Shown piece after piece: positions 26,487 through 35,383 of a stretch of DNA of 36,201 nt (position 1 is the first letter of the stretch; every line of letters begins with the position of its first letter). A program made the position numbers and the translations under genes. Source of the stretch: Candidatus Aenigmatarchaeota archaeon (GTDB lineage: Archaea; Aenigmatarchaeota; Aenigmatarchaeia; CG10238-14); contig DAOVGP010000010.1 in the NCBI GenBank assembly GCA_030672375.1, forward strand, positions 1 to 36,201, in the 5' to 3' direction. The notes beneath the pieces were generated by a model, which was not told where the DNA came from, made no database searches, and was given only the letters and a program-made list of their open reading frames with translations.

Positions 26487-28193
26487 ATGAAATACTCAAT
26501 TCTAGTTGATACTTACGAAAAACTAGAAAAAACTCCTTCTAAACTTGGCAAGAGAGACATATTATCAGAACTATTTTTGAAAACTCCTTCTAAAAAATTA
26601 CCTAGAGTTGTGTTGTTGATAATGGGTAGGGTTTTTCCATCTTATTCTGAACATGAATTAGGTATAGCTAATCAGATGATGATGAAAACCGTCTCGAAAG
26701 CTACTGGATTTTCCTCTGGAGATATAGAGAAAAAATTCAAGGAAAGAGGTGACCTTGGTTTGGCTACAGAAGAATGTGTAAAATCAAGAAAACAAAAAAT
26801 ACTATTTAAAAAAGAATTAACTGTTGATAATGTTTTTGAAAATTTACATAGGTTGGCTTTCATTACAGGTGTTGGTTCTCAGGAAAGAAAATTAAATTTA
26901 ATCACAGAACTGCTGACATCAGCTAAACCAAAAGAAGCTAGGTATATAGTTAGAACAATATTACAAGAATTGAGAATTGGTGTAGCCGAAGGTATTATGA
27001 GAGATGCCATCGGTAAGGCATTTCTCATTAAAGAAGGTATGACGAAAGAAGAAAAAAATGAAATGATTGAAGCAGTCGAATATGCTTGGAATATTATGTC
27101 CGATTTTGGAGAAATCGTAAAAATTGCAAGGGAGAAAGGTATAGTTGGATTGGGAAAAGTTAAAATTCGTTTAGGAAAACCAATACGAGTGATGCTCGGT
27201 GAAAAGGCAGAAAGTATTGATGAAGTAATTAAAAACTTCGGTAAGATTGCCGTGGAATATAAATATGATGGGATGAGAACACAAATTCATAAAAAAGATG
27301 ATCGAATTTGGGTTTATACAAGAAGACTAGAAAATGTGACAAATCAATTTCCTGATTTGGTTGATGTCTGTAAAAAGGGGTTAAAATCGAGAGAATGTAT
27401 AGTAGAGGGGGAGGTTTTTGGTATAAACCCGAAAACAAAATTACCTTTACCCTTTCAATTGTTATCACAAAGAATTCGTCGAAAGTATGACATCGGGAAG
27501 ATGGTTAAAGAAATTCCGGTTAAACTTCATCTCTTTGATATAGTTTATCTTGACGGTAAACCTCTATTCAACAAAAAATTTATAGATAGAAGAAAAATCT
27601 TGGAAACTAAAGTCAAAATAATCCCAAACAAATTAGAATTGGCAAAGCAATTGGTAACAGATGATATAAAAAAGATACAAAAATTCTACAAAAAAGCATT
27701 GGCCGCGAGGCAGGAAGGATTGTTCCTGAAAGTTTTAGATTCGAAGTATGTGTTTGGTAGACGTGTTGGTGGCTGGTACAAAATTAAACCAATCATGGAA
27801 ACTTTAGACCTAGTTATAGTGGGGGGAACTTGGGGAATAGGTTCAAGAGTAAATTGGTTGAGTTCTTATGTATTAGCTTGTAGAAATCCAGATACTGGAA
27901 AGTTTTTACCATGTGGAATGATGGGTACTGGTTTAACAGAAGAACAATTCAAATTGATGACTGATATTCTTAAGGGCTTGATATTGAAAGAGAAAGGGAG
28001 AAGGGTTGTACTAAAACCAAAAATTGTAGTTGAAGTGGCTTATCAAGAAATTCAAAAATCATCAAAATATGAATCTGGTTATGCCCTCAGATTCCCACGT
28101 CTTATTGGAATAAGAGAAGATAAGGGTTCAAATGAAGCTGATACTGTAAAGAGGGTTTCTGATCTTTTTAAAACACAAGGTAAAGTACAATAA
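26487..28193 (+). CDS. lig: ATP-dependent DNA ligase
   Basis: 568 aa. It has the adenylation motif I EYKYDGMRTQIH, EGLFLKVLDS, WYKIKP and a C-terminal OB region ending LRFPRLIGIREDK. Confidence 0.94.
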   Translation: MKYSILVDTYEKLEKTPSKLGKRDILSELFLKTPSKKLPRVVLLIMGRVFPSYSEHELGIANQMMMKTVSKATGFSSGDIEKKFKERGDLGLATEECVKSRKQKILFKKELTVDNVFENLHRLAFITGVGSQERKLNLITELLTSAKPKEARYIVRTILQELRIGVAEGIMRDAIGKAFLIKEGMTKEEKNEMIEAVEYAWNIMSDFGEIVKIAREKGIVGLGKVKIRLGKPIRVMLGEKAESIDEVIKNFGKIAVEYKYDGMRTQIHKKDDRIWVYTRRLENVTNQFPDLVDVCKKGLKSRECIVEGEVFGINPKTKLPLPFQLLSQRIRRKYDIGKMVKEIPVKLHLFDIVYLDGKPLFNKKFIDRRKILETKVKIIPNKLELAKQLVTDDIKKIQKFYKKALAARQEGLFLKVLDSKYVFGRRVGGWYKIKPIMETLDLVIVGGTWGIGSRVNWLSSYVLACRNPDTGKFLPCGMMGTGLTEEQFKLMTDILKGLILKEKGRRVVLKPKIVVEVAYQEIQKSSKYESGYALRFPRLIGIREDKGSNEADTVKRVSDLFKTQGKVQ

Positions 28194-28291
28194 CTCAATT
28201 CTGTCTAAACTCGAATAGAAAGAAATTTTAGACTAAATTTTAACACAAATTATTAATTTTTAAATATCCAATCACTAAGTAGTTATTACAG

Positions 28292-29134
28292 ATGGTAGAG
28301 ATGATAGGATCACCAGAATTAATGGATGCTTTAAAGGGAATTGGACTTAATCTATACGAAAGAAAACTTTGGGTTGCTCTTCTTGCTAAAGGAACCGCCA
28401 CTGCAGGTGAGCTGTCAGGGATTGCAAACGTTCCTAGGTCGAGAACTTACGATGTGCTCCAGACGCTAGCTGATAAGGGTTTTGTTATTGTACAAACATC
28501 TAAACCACTAAGATACGTTGCTATTACTCCTGTAGAATCCTTGGAAAAGGCTAAGAAAAGGGTTCAAGAAAAATTCATGGAAATGGAGAATAAAATAGAT
28601 AGACTAAAAAAATCTGTTTTAATAAAAGAATTGAATACGTTACATAAAGAGGGATTGACATTAGTCTCTCCTGGAGACATAACTGGAGCTCTGAAAGGGA
28701 AATTTTCTGTTCTCCAGCATACAGACTCTATGTTCAAAAATGCCTCTTCCTCAGTAAACATAGTTACAACACCAACAGGACTGAATGATTTGTTCGAAAA
28801 CCATATAAGTATACTGAAAAAATTGAACGAAAATGGTGTTAAAATAAAGATTGCTGCGAGAATAGATAAAACTTGCACAGATGCCATAAATGCCCTTTCT
28901 GGTATTGCAGAGATCAGAGATATAATTCAAGATAAAATACCGCTTTCGGGTAGATTCTACATAGTCGATGAACAACAGCTCATGATGGGACTGTCCAATC
29001 CAGAGGAAGTACATTCCTCACAAGATATGATGTTTTGGACGAAATCTGAGCATGTTACAAAGAATACAATCGAACCTTTGTTCAACCTTGTTTGGGAAAA
29101 TTCCAAACCTGTAGATTTGAAAGATGTATCTTAA
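28292..29134 (+). CDS. trmB: TrmB-family transcriptional regulator
   Basis: 280 aa. The N-terminal wHTH LGLNLYERKLWVALLAKGTATAGELSGIANVPRSRTYDVLQTLADKGFV is followed by a TrmB-like C-terminal domain. Confidence 0.85.
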   Translation: MVEMIGSPELMDALKGIGLNLYERKLWVALLAKGTATAGELSGIANVPRSRTYDVLQTLADKGFVIVQTSKPLRYVAITPVESLEKAKKRVQEKFMEMENKIDRLKKSVLIKELNTLHKEGLTLVSPGDITGALKGKFSVLQHTDSMFKNASSSVNIVTTPTGLNDLFENHISILKKLNENGVKIKIAARIDKTCTDAINALSGIAEIRDIIQDKIPLSGRFYIVDEQQLMMGLSNPEEVHSSQDMMFWTKSEHVTKNTIEPLFNLVWENSKPVDLKDVS

Positions 29135-31050
29135 CTCCAAGCGACGAACTGAGGTCTTTTAGACAGTAACTTTGGGAGAGATGATTTTCTAAATGGTTTA
29201 TTCTTTATTTCTTTCTTTAATATTTTAACAAACTCATCGACCTTCATTTTCTTAACCTTTCCTATCTTTCTGATCCTTACTGGTAATATACCTGATTTCA
29301 TTTCCCTTTCACCAACGACTATAGAATAAGGAACCCACTCCATCTCTGCATTCCTCACCCTCTTCTCGACAGATTTGTTCCTGTCGTCTAGATCAACCCT
29401 TATGTTTTCCTTCTCTATTTTTTCCATGATTTCTATCGCTTGTTTTATATGTTTATCAGAAACGGGGATTACTCTAACTTGAATTGGGGAAAGCCATAGG
29501 GGTAGAATGGGATTCTTACCCTGTTTTTGTTCCTTTGCCGCTTTTTCCAACAATCCATACATAACCCTGCAGATTGCCCCACTCGGACTTAAATGTAAAA
29601 TCGTAACTGGTTTTTTCTTCCCATCTCTGTCTGTATAATAGATTCCATAATTTTCAGCATTCTCAACATCGATTTGATCTGTCGTTAGTGCAGAAGCTTT
29701 ATCCAAGTTATCGACGAAGTTCAGCTCATATTTCAATATGAAATAGAAGAATCTTTTATCCCACATCTCAATTAAAGCAGGTTTTCCGTGAGTTTTAACT
29801 AAAGACAAAACGAAGTCTTTATTCTTTTCCCAAAATTCTTTTACAACTCTTATTCCTAACTCAAAATCTTCTGGAACATTGAACCCAAACCCTTTTTGGA
29901 TTTTTAACGCTAAGTCAAATCTTTTCTTCATTTCTTCCATTGCCTGTGGAACATCAGAACAGAATGCATGACAATCAGGCATGATAAAACTTCTTAATCT
30001 TCTCAAACCGACTAACTCTCCTCGTTTTTCCAACCTGAAAGAATATTTTGCCATTTCATACAGTCTCATTGGCAATTCTTTATAGGATATTATAGCATCG
30101 TGGGCCATTGTGAATTGTCCAAAACATGCTGCAAAACGCAAGAAAAATTTTCTCTTAAACGATTCTACTATATATTGTCTCGCAGGGAATCTATTCAAGT
30201 ACTTGACCATGACAGGATGATTCAAATCATACATAATTGGAGTCTCTACCTTCATCGCCCCATAATCTATTACGTTTGAATCAACCCAATTCTGAATCAA
30301 ATCTCTCATTAACTCTCCTTTGGGGTAATACCTTAAGTTTCCAGGATCACTCGCACTCTCGTAATCCGCGAGTTCTAATTTTCTCATCAACTCGACATGT
30401 GGAGGTTTTTCCTTCACTTTTCTACTCTTTGCCATTTCATACATGGCGAATTTTTTTAGGTTTTCATTTTTTTTCCAGTCAAAATCTTTGCCTGCAACAA
30501 CCTTTCCATCTTTAATTTCCAAAGGTATTAAATCTCCTTTTGGAGTAAGGATGCGCCAAGATGATTTCATTTTTTTTTCTGCTTTAAGTGCTTTGGAAAC
30601 TGTTTCTTCTTTCACTTCTTTTTTCTTTTCTCCAACCACAATTTCTTTAAAAGATTCAGCAAGAGGATGGCCCAAACAATGTAATACAAATTCTTTATAC
30701 CAACCAAAGGGTGAGACATGCACTGGAAGTTTTTGTTTTTTAGATTCTTTTTCCATCTCTTTTATCGCTCTATCAGCAAGATATGGACTAGCGAGATCGG
30801 AACTCAAATGAGCATAAGGATAGATGACTATATTTTTAGCTTTAACTTCTTCGAATTGATTTTTAATTTCTTTTATCGATTTTCCAACAACTTCCTTTAA
30901 GTATTGCTCATCTCTATTTTCTGCACATGTGAGAACTACTAATACATTTTCTATTTTGACTTTTTTCTTTTCAACATCCTTTATGTATTTTAACGCCTTC
31001 CTAGTAGGCTTATATTCTAAGAATTTCGAGTGTATCAAAAGCATTCTCAT
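29131..31050 (-). CDS. thrS: Threonyl-tRNA synthetase, archaeal type with N-terminal editing domain
   Basis: 639 aa. The MRMLLIHSKFLEYKP N-terminus is typical of the archaeal ThrRS editing domain, followed by a class II catalytic core and a C-terminal anticodon-binding domain. Confidence 0.93.
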   Translation of the reverse strand: MRMLLIHSKFLEYKPTRKALKYIKDVEKKKVKIENVLVVLTCAENRDEQYLKEVVGKSIKEIKNQFEEVKAKNIVIYPYAHLSSDLASPYLADRAIKEMEKESKKQKLPVHVSPFGWYKEFVLHCLGHPLAESFKEIVVGEKKKEVKEETVSKALKAEKKMKSSWRILTPKGDLIPLEIKDGKVVAGKDFDWKKNENLKKFAMYEMAKSRKVKEKPPHVELMRKLELADYESASDPGNLRYYPKGELMRDLIQNWVDSNVIDYGAMKVETPIMYDLNHPVMVKYLNRFPARQYIVESFKRKFFLRFAACFGQFTMAHDAIISYKELPMRLYEMAKYSFRLEKRGELVGLRRLRSFIMPDCHAFCSDVPQAMEEMKKRFDLALKIQKGFGFNVPEDFELGIRVVKEFWEKNKDFVLSLVKTHGKPALIEMWDKRFFYFILKYELNFVDNLDKASALTTDQIDVENAENYGIYYTDRDGKKKPVTILHLSPSGAICRVMYGLLEKAAKEQKQGKNPILPLWLSPIQVRVIPVSDKHIKQAIEIMEKIEKENIRVDLDDRNKSVEKRVRNAEMEWVPYSIVVGEREMKSGILPVRIRKIGKVKKMKVDEFVKILKKEIKNKPFRKSSLPKLLSKRPQFVAWS

Positions 31051-31397
31051 AACTTTCCCTCCCCATTTAAGATATTTAACTCTTTTGTTAAATATATTGA
31101 GTCTCGAAATGTAATTGAACTGCCAGAACTTAATTTTTCAATCATACTTGGTCTCCCAGGTTTTTTTTGAGATATCGATAATTTTATTCCTCCTTTATAT
31201 ATTCGATTTAAAATTTCATCGTTACATCTTCTGAAAGCATACATGGAAAAAGAAATTGTGATGAGTTTTGGACATCCACACAAAACTTTTTTGATAATTT
31301 TTTTGCTCACAAATTTTCTGAAATGAATGAATTTAACAGAAGATGAAAGTTTTGATAAATCTGAGTAACTAGAAATTGAGATGTGTTTCTGATTCAC
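31047..31397 (-). CDS. Hypothetical protein, translationally coupled to thrS
   Basis: 116-aa ORF whose stop overlaps the thrS ATG by 4 nt. I recognise no family. Confidence 0.45.
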   Translation of the reverse strand: MNQKHISISSYSDLSKLSSSVKFIHFRKFVSKKIIKKVLCGCPKLITISFSMYAFRRCNDEILNRIYKGGIKLSISQKKPGRPSMIEKLSSGSSITFRDSIYLTKELNILNGEGKL

Positions 31398-31448
31398 CTT
31401 TCACCGTTATCACCAGTTAAATATATCCTTTGGAGGAAAATGATATAA

Positions 31449-31826
31449 ATGTTTTGGAATGTCACAATATTAGTAGGTGATTTTATCAAAGAGGTTAATC
31501 TTGTTAATTTTGATAGTTTCGATGAAATACTTATAAAAAAAGTGAGAGATGTAGCACAACCATTACTAGACAAGTATAACAGAATGTATAGTGAAGATAA
31601 GATACAAGAATTCAAACTGGTAGTAGACACAGTCAGAAAAAAACAAGAAAAATATCTGTATGAAGTTATTGGAACTTTGAAAACCAACAAAAATTTTTTC
31701 AGGACTGAAGAGGTTGGGTGGAAGATCTTAGATACAGTCGAAAAAGTAATAGATGAACTTGGGGGAATGGTTACAAAAAAGAAGGGAAGAAAGAAATCTA
31801 AAAAGAATCTACCAGCAAATGCATAA
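31449..31826 (+). CDS. Hypothetical basic-tailed protein; possible HPF/RaiA-like (S30AE) fold
   Basis: 125 aa. The predicted order of segments is beta-alpha-beta-beta-beta-alpha, and the terminal helix plus Lys-rich tail (VEKVIDELGGMVTKKKGRKKSKK) recalls ribosome hibernation factors. This rests on pattern similarity only. Confidence 0.45.
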   Translation: MFWNVTILVGDFIKEVNLVNFDSFDEILIKKVRDVAQPLLDKYNRMYSEDKIQEFKLVVDTVRKKQEKYLYEVIGTLKTNKNFFRTEEVGWKILDTVEKVIDELGGMVTKKKGRKKSKKNLPANA

Positions 31827-31877
31827 CATTGAATTTATTTAACTATTAATTGTCCGAATTATAATTAGTCCCGACAT

Positions 31878-31950
31878 AGCCCTGTGGTGTAGTGGTCAAG
31901 CATGTCGGGCTTTGGACCCGCAGACGCAGGTTCGAATCCTGCCGGGGCTA
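31878..31950 (+). tRNA. tRNA-Gln (anticodon UUG), intron-less
   Basis: Folds as AGCCCTG-TG-GTGT-AGTGGTCAA-GCAT-G-TCGGG-CTTTGGA-CCCGC-AGAC-GCAGG-TTCGAAT-CCTGC-CGGGGCT-A. The A1:U72 pair is typical of archaeal tRNA-Gln. There is one mismatch at 27:43, and CCA is not encoded. Confidence 0.85.
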
Positions 31951-31963
31951 TTCTGTGATTTAA

Positions 31964-32599
31964 TTGACAACCGAAAAGGAAGTTTGGAATATCATTGCGG
32001 ATTCTTGGACGAACTTGAGAGTTAAACCAGAGAGTGAAGTAATCGATTTCTCAAAGACAATAAATAGTGGACCGATTCTAGATGATGGTTGTGGTAACTG
32101 TAGAAACTTGTTACCATTTCTTGAAAGAGAGTTTTACTGTGTAGGTATGGATTTTTCAAGTGGCATGATAAGAGAAGCAAAGAAATTTTTGAGAAAAAGA
32201 AAATTGAAAGCAAACTTAGTCATCGGTAATTTAGTTCATCTACCATTCAAAAAAGGAACTTTTTTGTCGATTCTTTGTATCAGAACTTTACATCATGTTG
32301 GCCCCAGAATACTCAGATTAGAAGCATTAGAAGAAATGAAAAGGGTTGGTATCAAAATTCTGATGAGTGAATGGAAAAGATGGCAATGGAGATTTATTTG
32401 GAAACTCATTAAAAGCTTCATTTCTGGACATTTTGGTGATGTTTACGTCGATTGGAATTATCATGGAAAAAAATACAAGCGATTTCACCACTTATACACA
32501 AAAAAAGAACTAGAAGAAGATTTGAAAACAGTGGGATTAAAGATTGAGAGAATTTGGTTTGACAATAAGGGTAATATTTGGTCATTGGTGAGAGAATGA
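31964..32599 (+). CDS. Class I SAM-dependent methyltransferase, Trm9/ALKBH8-MTase-like
   Basis: 211 aa with a TTG start, the only start upstream of the conserved N-terminus. The blocks VWNIIADSWTNLRVKP, LDDGCGNCRNLL, LHHV and DVYVDW...RFHHLYTKKELEEDL parallel the Trm9 blocks (IAPHFSxTRYKPW, GCGNGKYL, VHH, DVxVPW...YYHLF..gEL). Confidence 0.7.
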   Translation: MTTEKEVWNIIADSWTNLRVKPESEVIDFSKTINSGPILDDGCGNCRNLLPFLEREFYCVGMDFSSGMIREAKKFLRKRKLKANLVIGNLVHLPFKKGTFLSILCIRTLHHVGPRILRLEALEEMKRVGIKILMSEWKRWQWRFIWKLIKSFISGHFGDVYVDWNYHGKKYKRFHHLYTKKELEEDLKTVGLKIERIWFDNKGNIWSLVRE

Positions 32600-33507
32600 A
32601 ATGCTCATTCTGTAATAAGAAATCAATATACTTCCGAAAATATGAGGGCCATCATTATTGCGAAAAACACTTTACAAAAAGTATAGAAAAAAGAGTCAAA
32701 AAAACAATAAGAAAAAACAAGTTGATAGAAAATGGAGATAAAATAGCTATTGCTCATTCTGGTGGTAAAGATTCATCCAATGTATTATTTTTATTGAATA
32801 AAATTTTCAAGAATAATCCGAATATCAATCTTTTTGTTATAACTATTAACGAAGGGATAAAAAAATACAGAGATGAATGTCTCAAAAAAAGTGAGAATTT
32901 CTGTAAAAAACTTGGTATAGAAAGGCATGTGTTTTCATTCAAAAAAGAAGTTGGTATTACTGTTGATGATTTAACTAAGAAAATGAAGACAGGGTATTGT
33001 GGTAGTTGTGGGTTGTTGAGAAGGTATTTACTCAATAAGAAGGCGAGGGAATTAGGAGCTACTAAAGTGGCAACAGGACATAACCTTGATGATGAATGCC
33101 AGAGTATACTAATGAACATCTTGAAAGGAGATTTGTTGAGACTTGTCCGCATGGGACCTGTACCAAGGGTAGTAAAGCATAAAAAATTTGTACAAAGGAT
33201 AAAACCTTTAATTTTCATACCAGAAAATGAATCTGAGTTGTTTGCTAAAATAAACAAAATACCATTTGGATCAAAAAGATGTCCTAATTCAATTGATAAT
33301 CCTTTACGTGGGAAAACAAGAAAGTTCTTAGATGATTTAGAGAAAAGTTCTCCTGGTATAAAATATAGCCTTTATGAAAGTGCCTTGAAAATTGTACCTT
33401 CTGTCAAAGGTAAATTCAAACAAGGAAAAATCAATTATTGTAAAAATTGTGGAGAACCAAGTAGTCGTGAGATTTGTAAGGTTTGTGAATTATTAAAAAA
33501 TTTATGA
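32596..33507 (+). CDS. PP-loop ATPase tRNA 2-thiolation enzyme, Ncs6/Ctu1/NcsA/TtuA family
   Basis: About 303 aa from the ATG at 32596, which overlaps the upstream stop codon (ATGA). It has an N-terminal Zn finger (CSFCNKK...HHYCEKH), the PP-loop AHSGGKDS, GHNLDDE and a C-terminal Zn finger (CKNCGEP...CKVCE). Confidence 0.85.
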   Translation: MKCSFCNKKSIYFRKYEGHHYCEKHFTKSIEKRVKKTIRKNKLIENGDKIAIAHSGGKDSSNVLFLLNKIFKNNPNINLFVITINEGIKKYRDECLKKSENFCKKLGIERHVFSFKKEVGITVDDLTKKMKTGYCGSCGLLRRYLLNKKARELGATKVATGHNLDDECQSILMNILKGDLLRLVRMGPVPRVVKHKKFVQRIKPLIFIPENESELFAKINKIPFGSKRCPNSIDNPLRGKTRKFLDDLEKSSPGIKYSLYESALKIVPSVKGKFKQGKINYCKNCGEPSSREICKVCELLKNL

Positions 33508-33669
33508 TTCATGCCCGTTCTGTATTTCTTCAATCTTGCACCGCAAGAATTGGATTCTATTCTGCAAGAACTTCAATTGTTTAACACTCTTGGACTTAAA
33601 CAATCGGGTTTTTGTTTCGAATAATTCGTCTTGGTAAAACCTTAACCTGTGGATGTCTTGTGAATTCAT
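33502..33669 (-). CDS. Candidate 55-aa helical/coiled-coil ORF, divergent from elp3
   Basis: It was found by reading the minus strand and is below the ORF-track size cutoff: MNSQDIHRLRFYQDELFETKTRLFKSKSVKQLKFLQNRIQFLRCKIEEIQNGHES. A TTATATA element ends 26 nt upstream of its ATG, which fits a leaderless transcript. The region is more GC-rich than typical spacer. Coding status is unproven. Confidence 0.25.
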   Translation of the reverse strand: MNSQDIHRLRFYQDELFETKTRLFKSKSVKQLKFLQNRIQFLRCKIEEIQNGHES

Positions 33670-33774
33670 ACTATCATTTATTTACTTTTTAGTGGTATAT
33701 AAGTGTTACTACTATTTGATAGAAAATTAATATATAAACATTTCTATTCTACACTCAATAATTAATGTGAGATT

Positions 33775-35340
33775 ATGGAAAAAGGGGATGTTTGCATCGA
33801 TATAATAAAGGAATTAATTAAAAGTGAGAATTTAGATCACAAAAAAATCGATAAAATCATCAAAAATCAATGTAAAAAACATGATCTAAAAAAAATGCCA
33901 ACAAAGGTCGAAATTCTGAATTTTTGTAACCCAGAAGAGAGAAAGAAACTGATAAGGTTCCTGATAACAAAACCATCTAGAACTATGTCTGGAGTGTCTG
34001 TGGTAACAGTGGTGGCAAAACCATCTTCATGCCCAGGTACCTGCATCTATTGTCCTAAGGGAATCAATGCGCCTCAATCTTACACGGGCATGGAGCCAGC
34101 AATACAGAGAGGTATAAGGAATAATTATGACCCATTTCTTCAAACAAGAGACCGATTGAATCAATATAAAATTACAGGTCATCCTTCAGACAAAGTAGAA
34201 ATTATTATTCTCGGGGGAACATTTCTTGCTCTGGATAAGGATTATCAGGAATGGTTTGTAAAAAGGATATTCGACGTACTCAATAAAAAGGAGAGTGAGA
34301 GTTTAGAAAAAGCAGAGAATTTGAATGAAACTGTAAAACATCGATGCGTGGGATTATGTTTAGAGACAAGAGCCGATTTCTGTTTTGAGGAACACATAAA
34401 CCAAATGTTAAAACTAGGTACTACGCGAGTTGAAATTGGTGTCCAATCAATCTATCCAGATATCTTGAAAAAAGTGAGACGTGGTCATACTGTTGAAGAT
34501 TCCATACGTGCAACACAATTAGTTAAAGATTCTTGTTTAAAATGTACACACCATATCATGCCTGGATTGTTTGTTGATTTTAACAAAGATTTAGAGCAAT
34601 TCAAGATTTTATTTGAGGACACTCGATTCAAGCCAGATTCACTTAAGATTTATCCTACTCTCGTTATCAGGGGGACAGAACTGTATGATTTGTGGAAAAA
34701 AGGTGAGTATAAACCACTGACAACTGAAGAGGGAGTAAAACTCATTTCAGAGGCGATGAAATACATACCAAAATATTGTAGAGTAATCCGTATTCAAAGA
34801 GACATTCCAAGCGATAAGATTGTTACGGGTATTAAAAGTAGCAACTTAAGAGAACTCGTGGAAAGAGAATGTGAGAAAAGGGGTATAAAGATACAAGAAA
34901 TAAGATACAGGGAAGTTGGTCATAAATTTGAGAAAGGAATTATATCAAACTTGGATTCTATAAAATTACTTAGATTTGATTATGATGCCTCTCAAGGGGG
35001 GGAAATTTTCTTAAGCTTTGAAGACGTTAAAAACGATGTATTAATTGGATTCTTGAGACTCAGAATTCCTCATAAACCCTTCAGACCAGAAATTGATGAA
35101 AAAACAGGATTGATAAGAGAATTGCATGTTTATGGTCCTACAGTGCCTATCGGTCAGAAAATAAGAAAGGCGTGGCAACATAAAGGTTTTGGTAGAAAGT
35201 TGTTGAAGGGAGCTGAAAGAATAGCGAAAAATGAATTTGATATGAAAAAAATTATAATCATCAGTGGAGTTGGGGCCAAGGAATATTACAAGAAGTTTGG
35301 ATATAAAAAAGAAGGACCATATGTTTCAACAATTCTCTAG
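33775..35340 (+). CDS. elp3: Elp3: radical-SAM plus GNAT tRNA uridine(34) carboxymethyl-transfer enzyme
   Basis: 521 aa. It has the radical-SAM cluster region KPSSCPGTCIYCP, QSYTGMEPA and YDPFLQ, followed by a C-terminal acetyl-CoA-binding GNAT region (WQHKGFGRKLL). Confidence 0.92.
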   Translation: MEKGDVCIDIIKELIKSENLDHKKIDKIIKNQCKKHDLKKMPTKVEILNFCNPEERKKLIRFLITKPSRTMSGVSVVTVVAKPSSCPGTCIYCPKGINAPQSYTGMEPAIQRGIRNNYDPFLQTRDRLNQYKITGHPSDKVEIIILGGTFLALDKDYQEWFVKRIFDVLNKKESESLEKAENLNETVKHRCVGLCLETRADFCFEEHINQMLKLGTTRVEIGVQSIYPDILKKVRRGHTVEDSIRATQLVKDSCLKCTHHIMPGLFVDFNKDLEQFKILFEDTRFKPDSLKIYPTLVIRGTELYDLWKKGEYKPLTTEEGVKLISEAMKYIPKYCRVIRIQRDIPSDKIVTGIKSSNLRELVERECEKRGIKIQEIRYREVGHKFEKGIISNLDSIKLLRFDYDASQGGEIFLSFEDVKNDVLIGFLRLRIPHKPFRPEIDEKTGLIRELHVYGPTVPIGQKIRKAWQHKGFGRKLLKGAERIAKNEFDMKKIIIISGVGAKEYYKKFGYKKEGPYVSTIL

Positions 35341-35383
35341 GAATGAAGCCTTGATTTATATAAAATGAGTTGAATTTAATATT

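Noticed and set aside
28203-28233. 7-bp inverted repeat GTCTAAA-N17-TTTAGAC between lig and the TrmB-family gene (possible operator or terminator)
   Set aside because: The stem is short and AT-rich with a long loop in an AT-rich spacer. That is too weak to call, although the repeat could be tested as a TrmB-type binding site.
31394-31690. 98-aa minus-strand ORF
   Set aside because: It is a low-complexity, Ser/Leu/Phe-rich translation antisense to the better-supported plus-strand ORF 31449-31826, and nothing about it resembles a real protein.
33504-33520. C/D-box sRNA in the thiolase-elp3 spacer (ATGATTC near 33504)
   Set aside because: It does not match the RUGAUGA C-box consensus, and no CUGA D box lies at a suitable distance on either strand.
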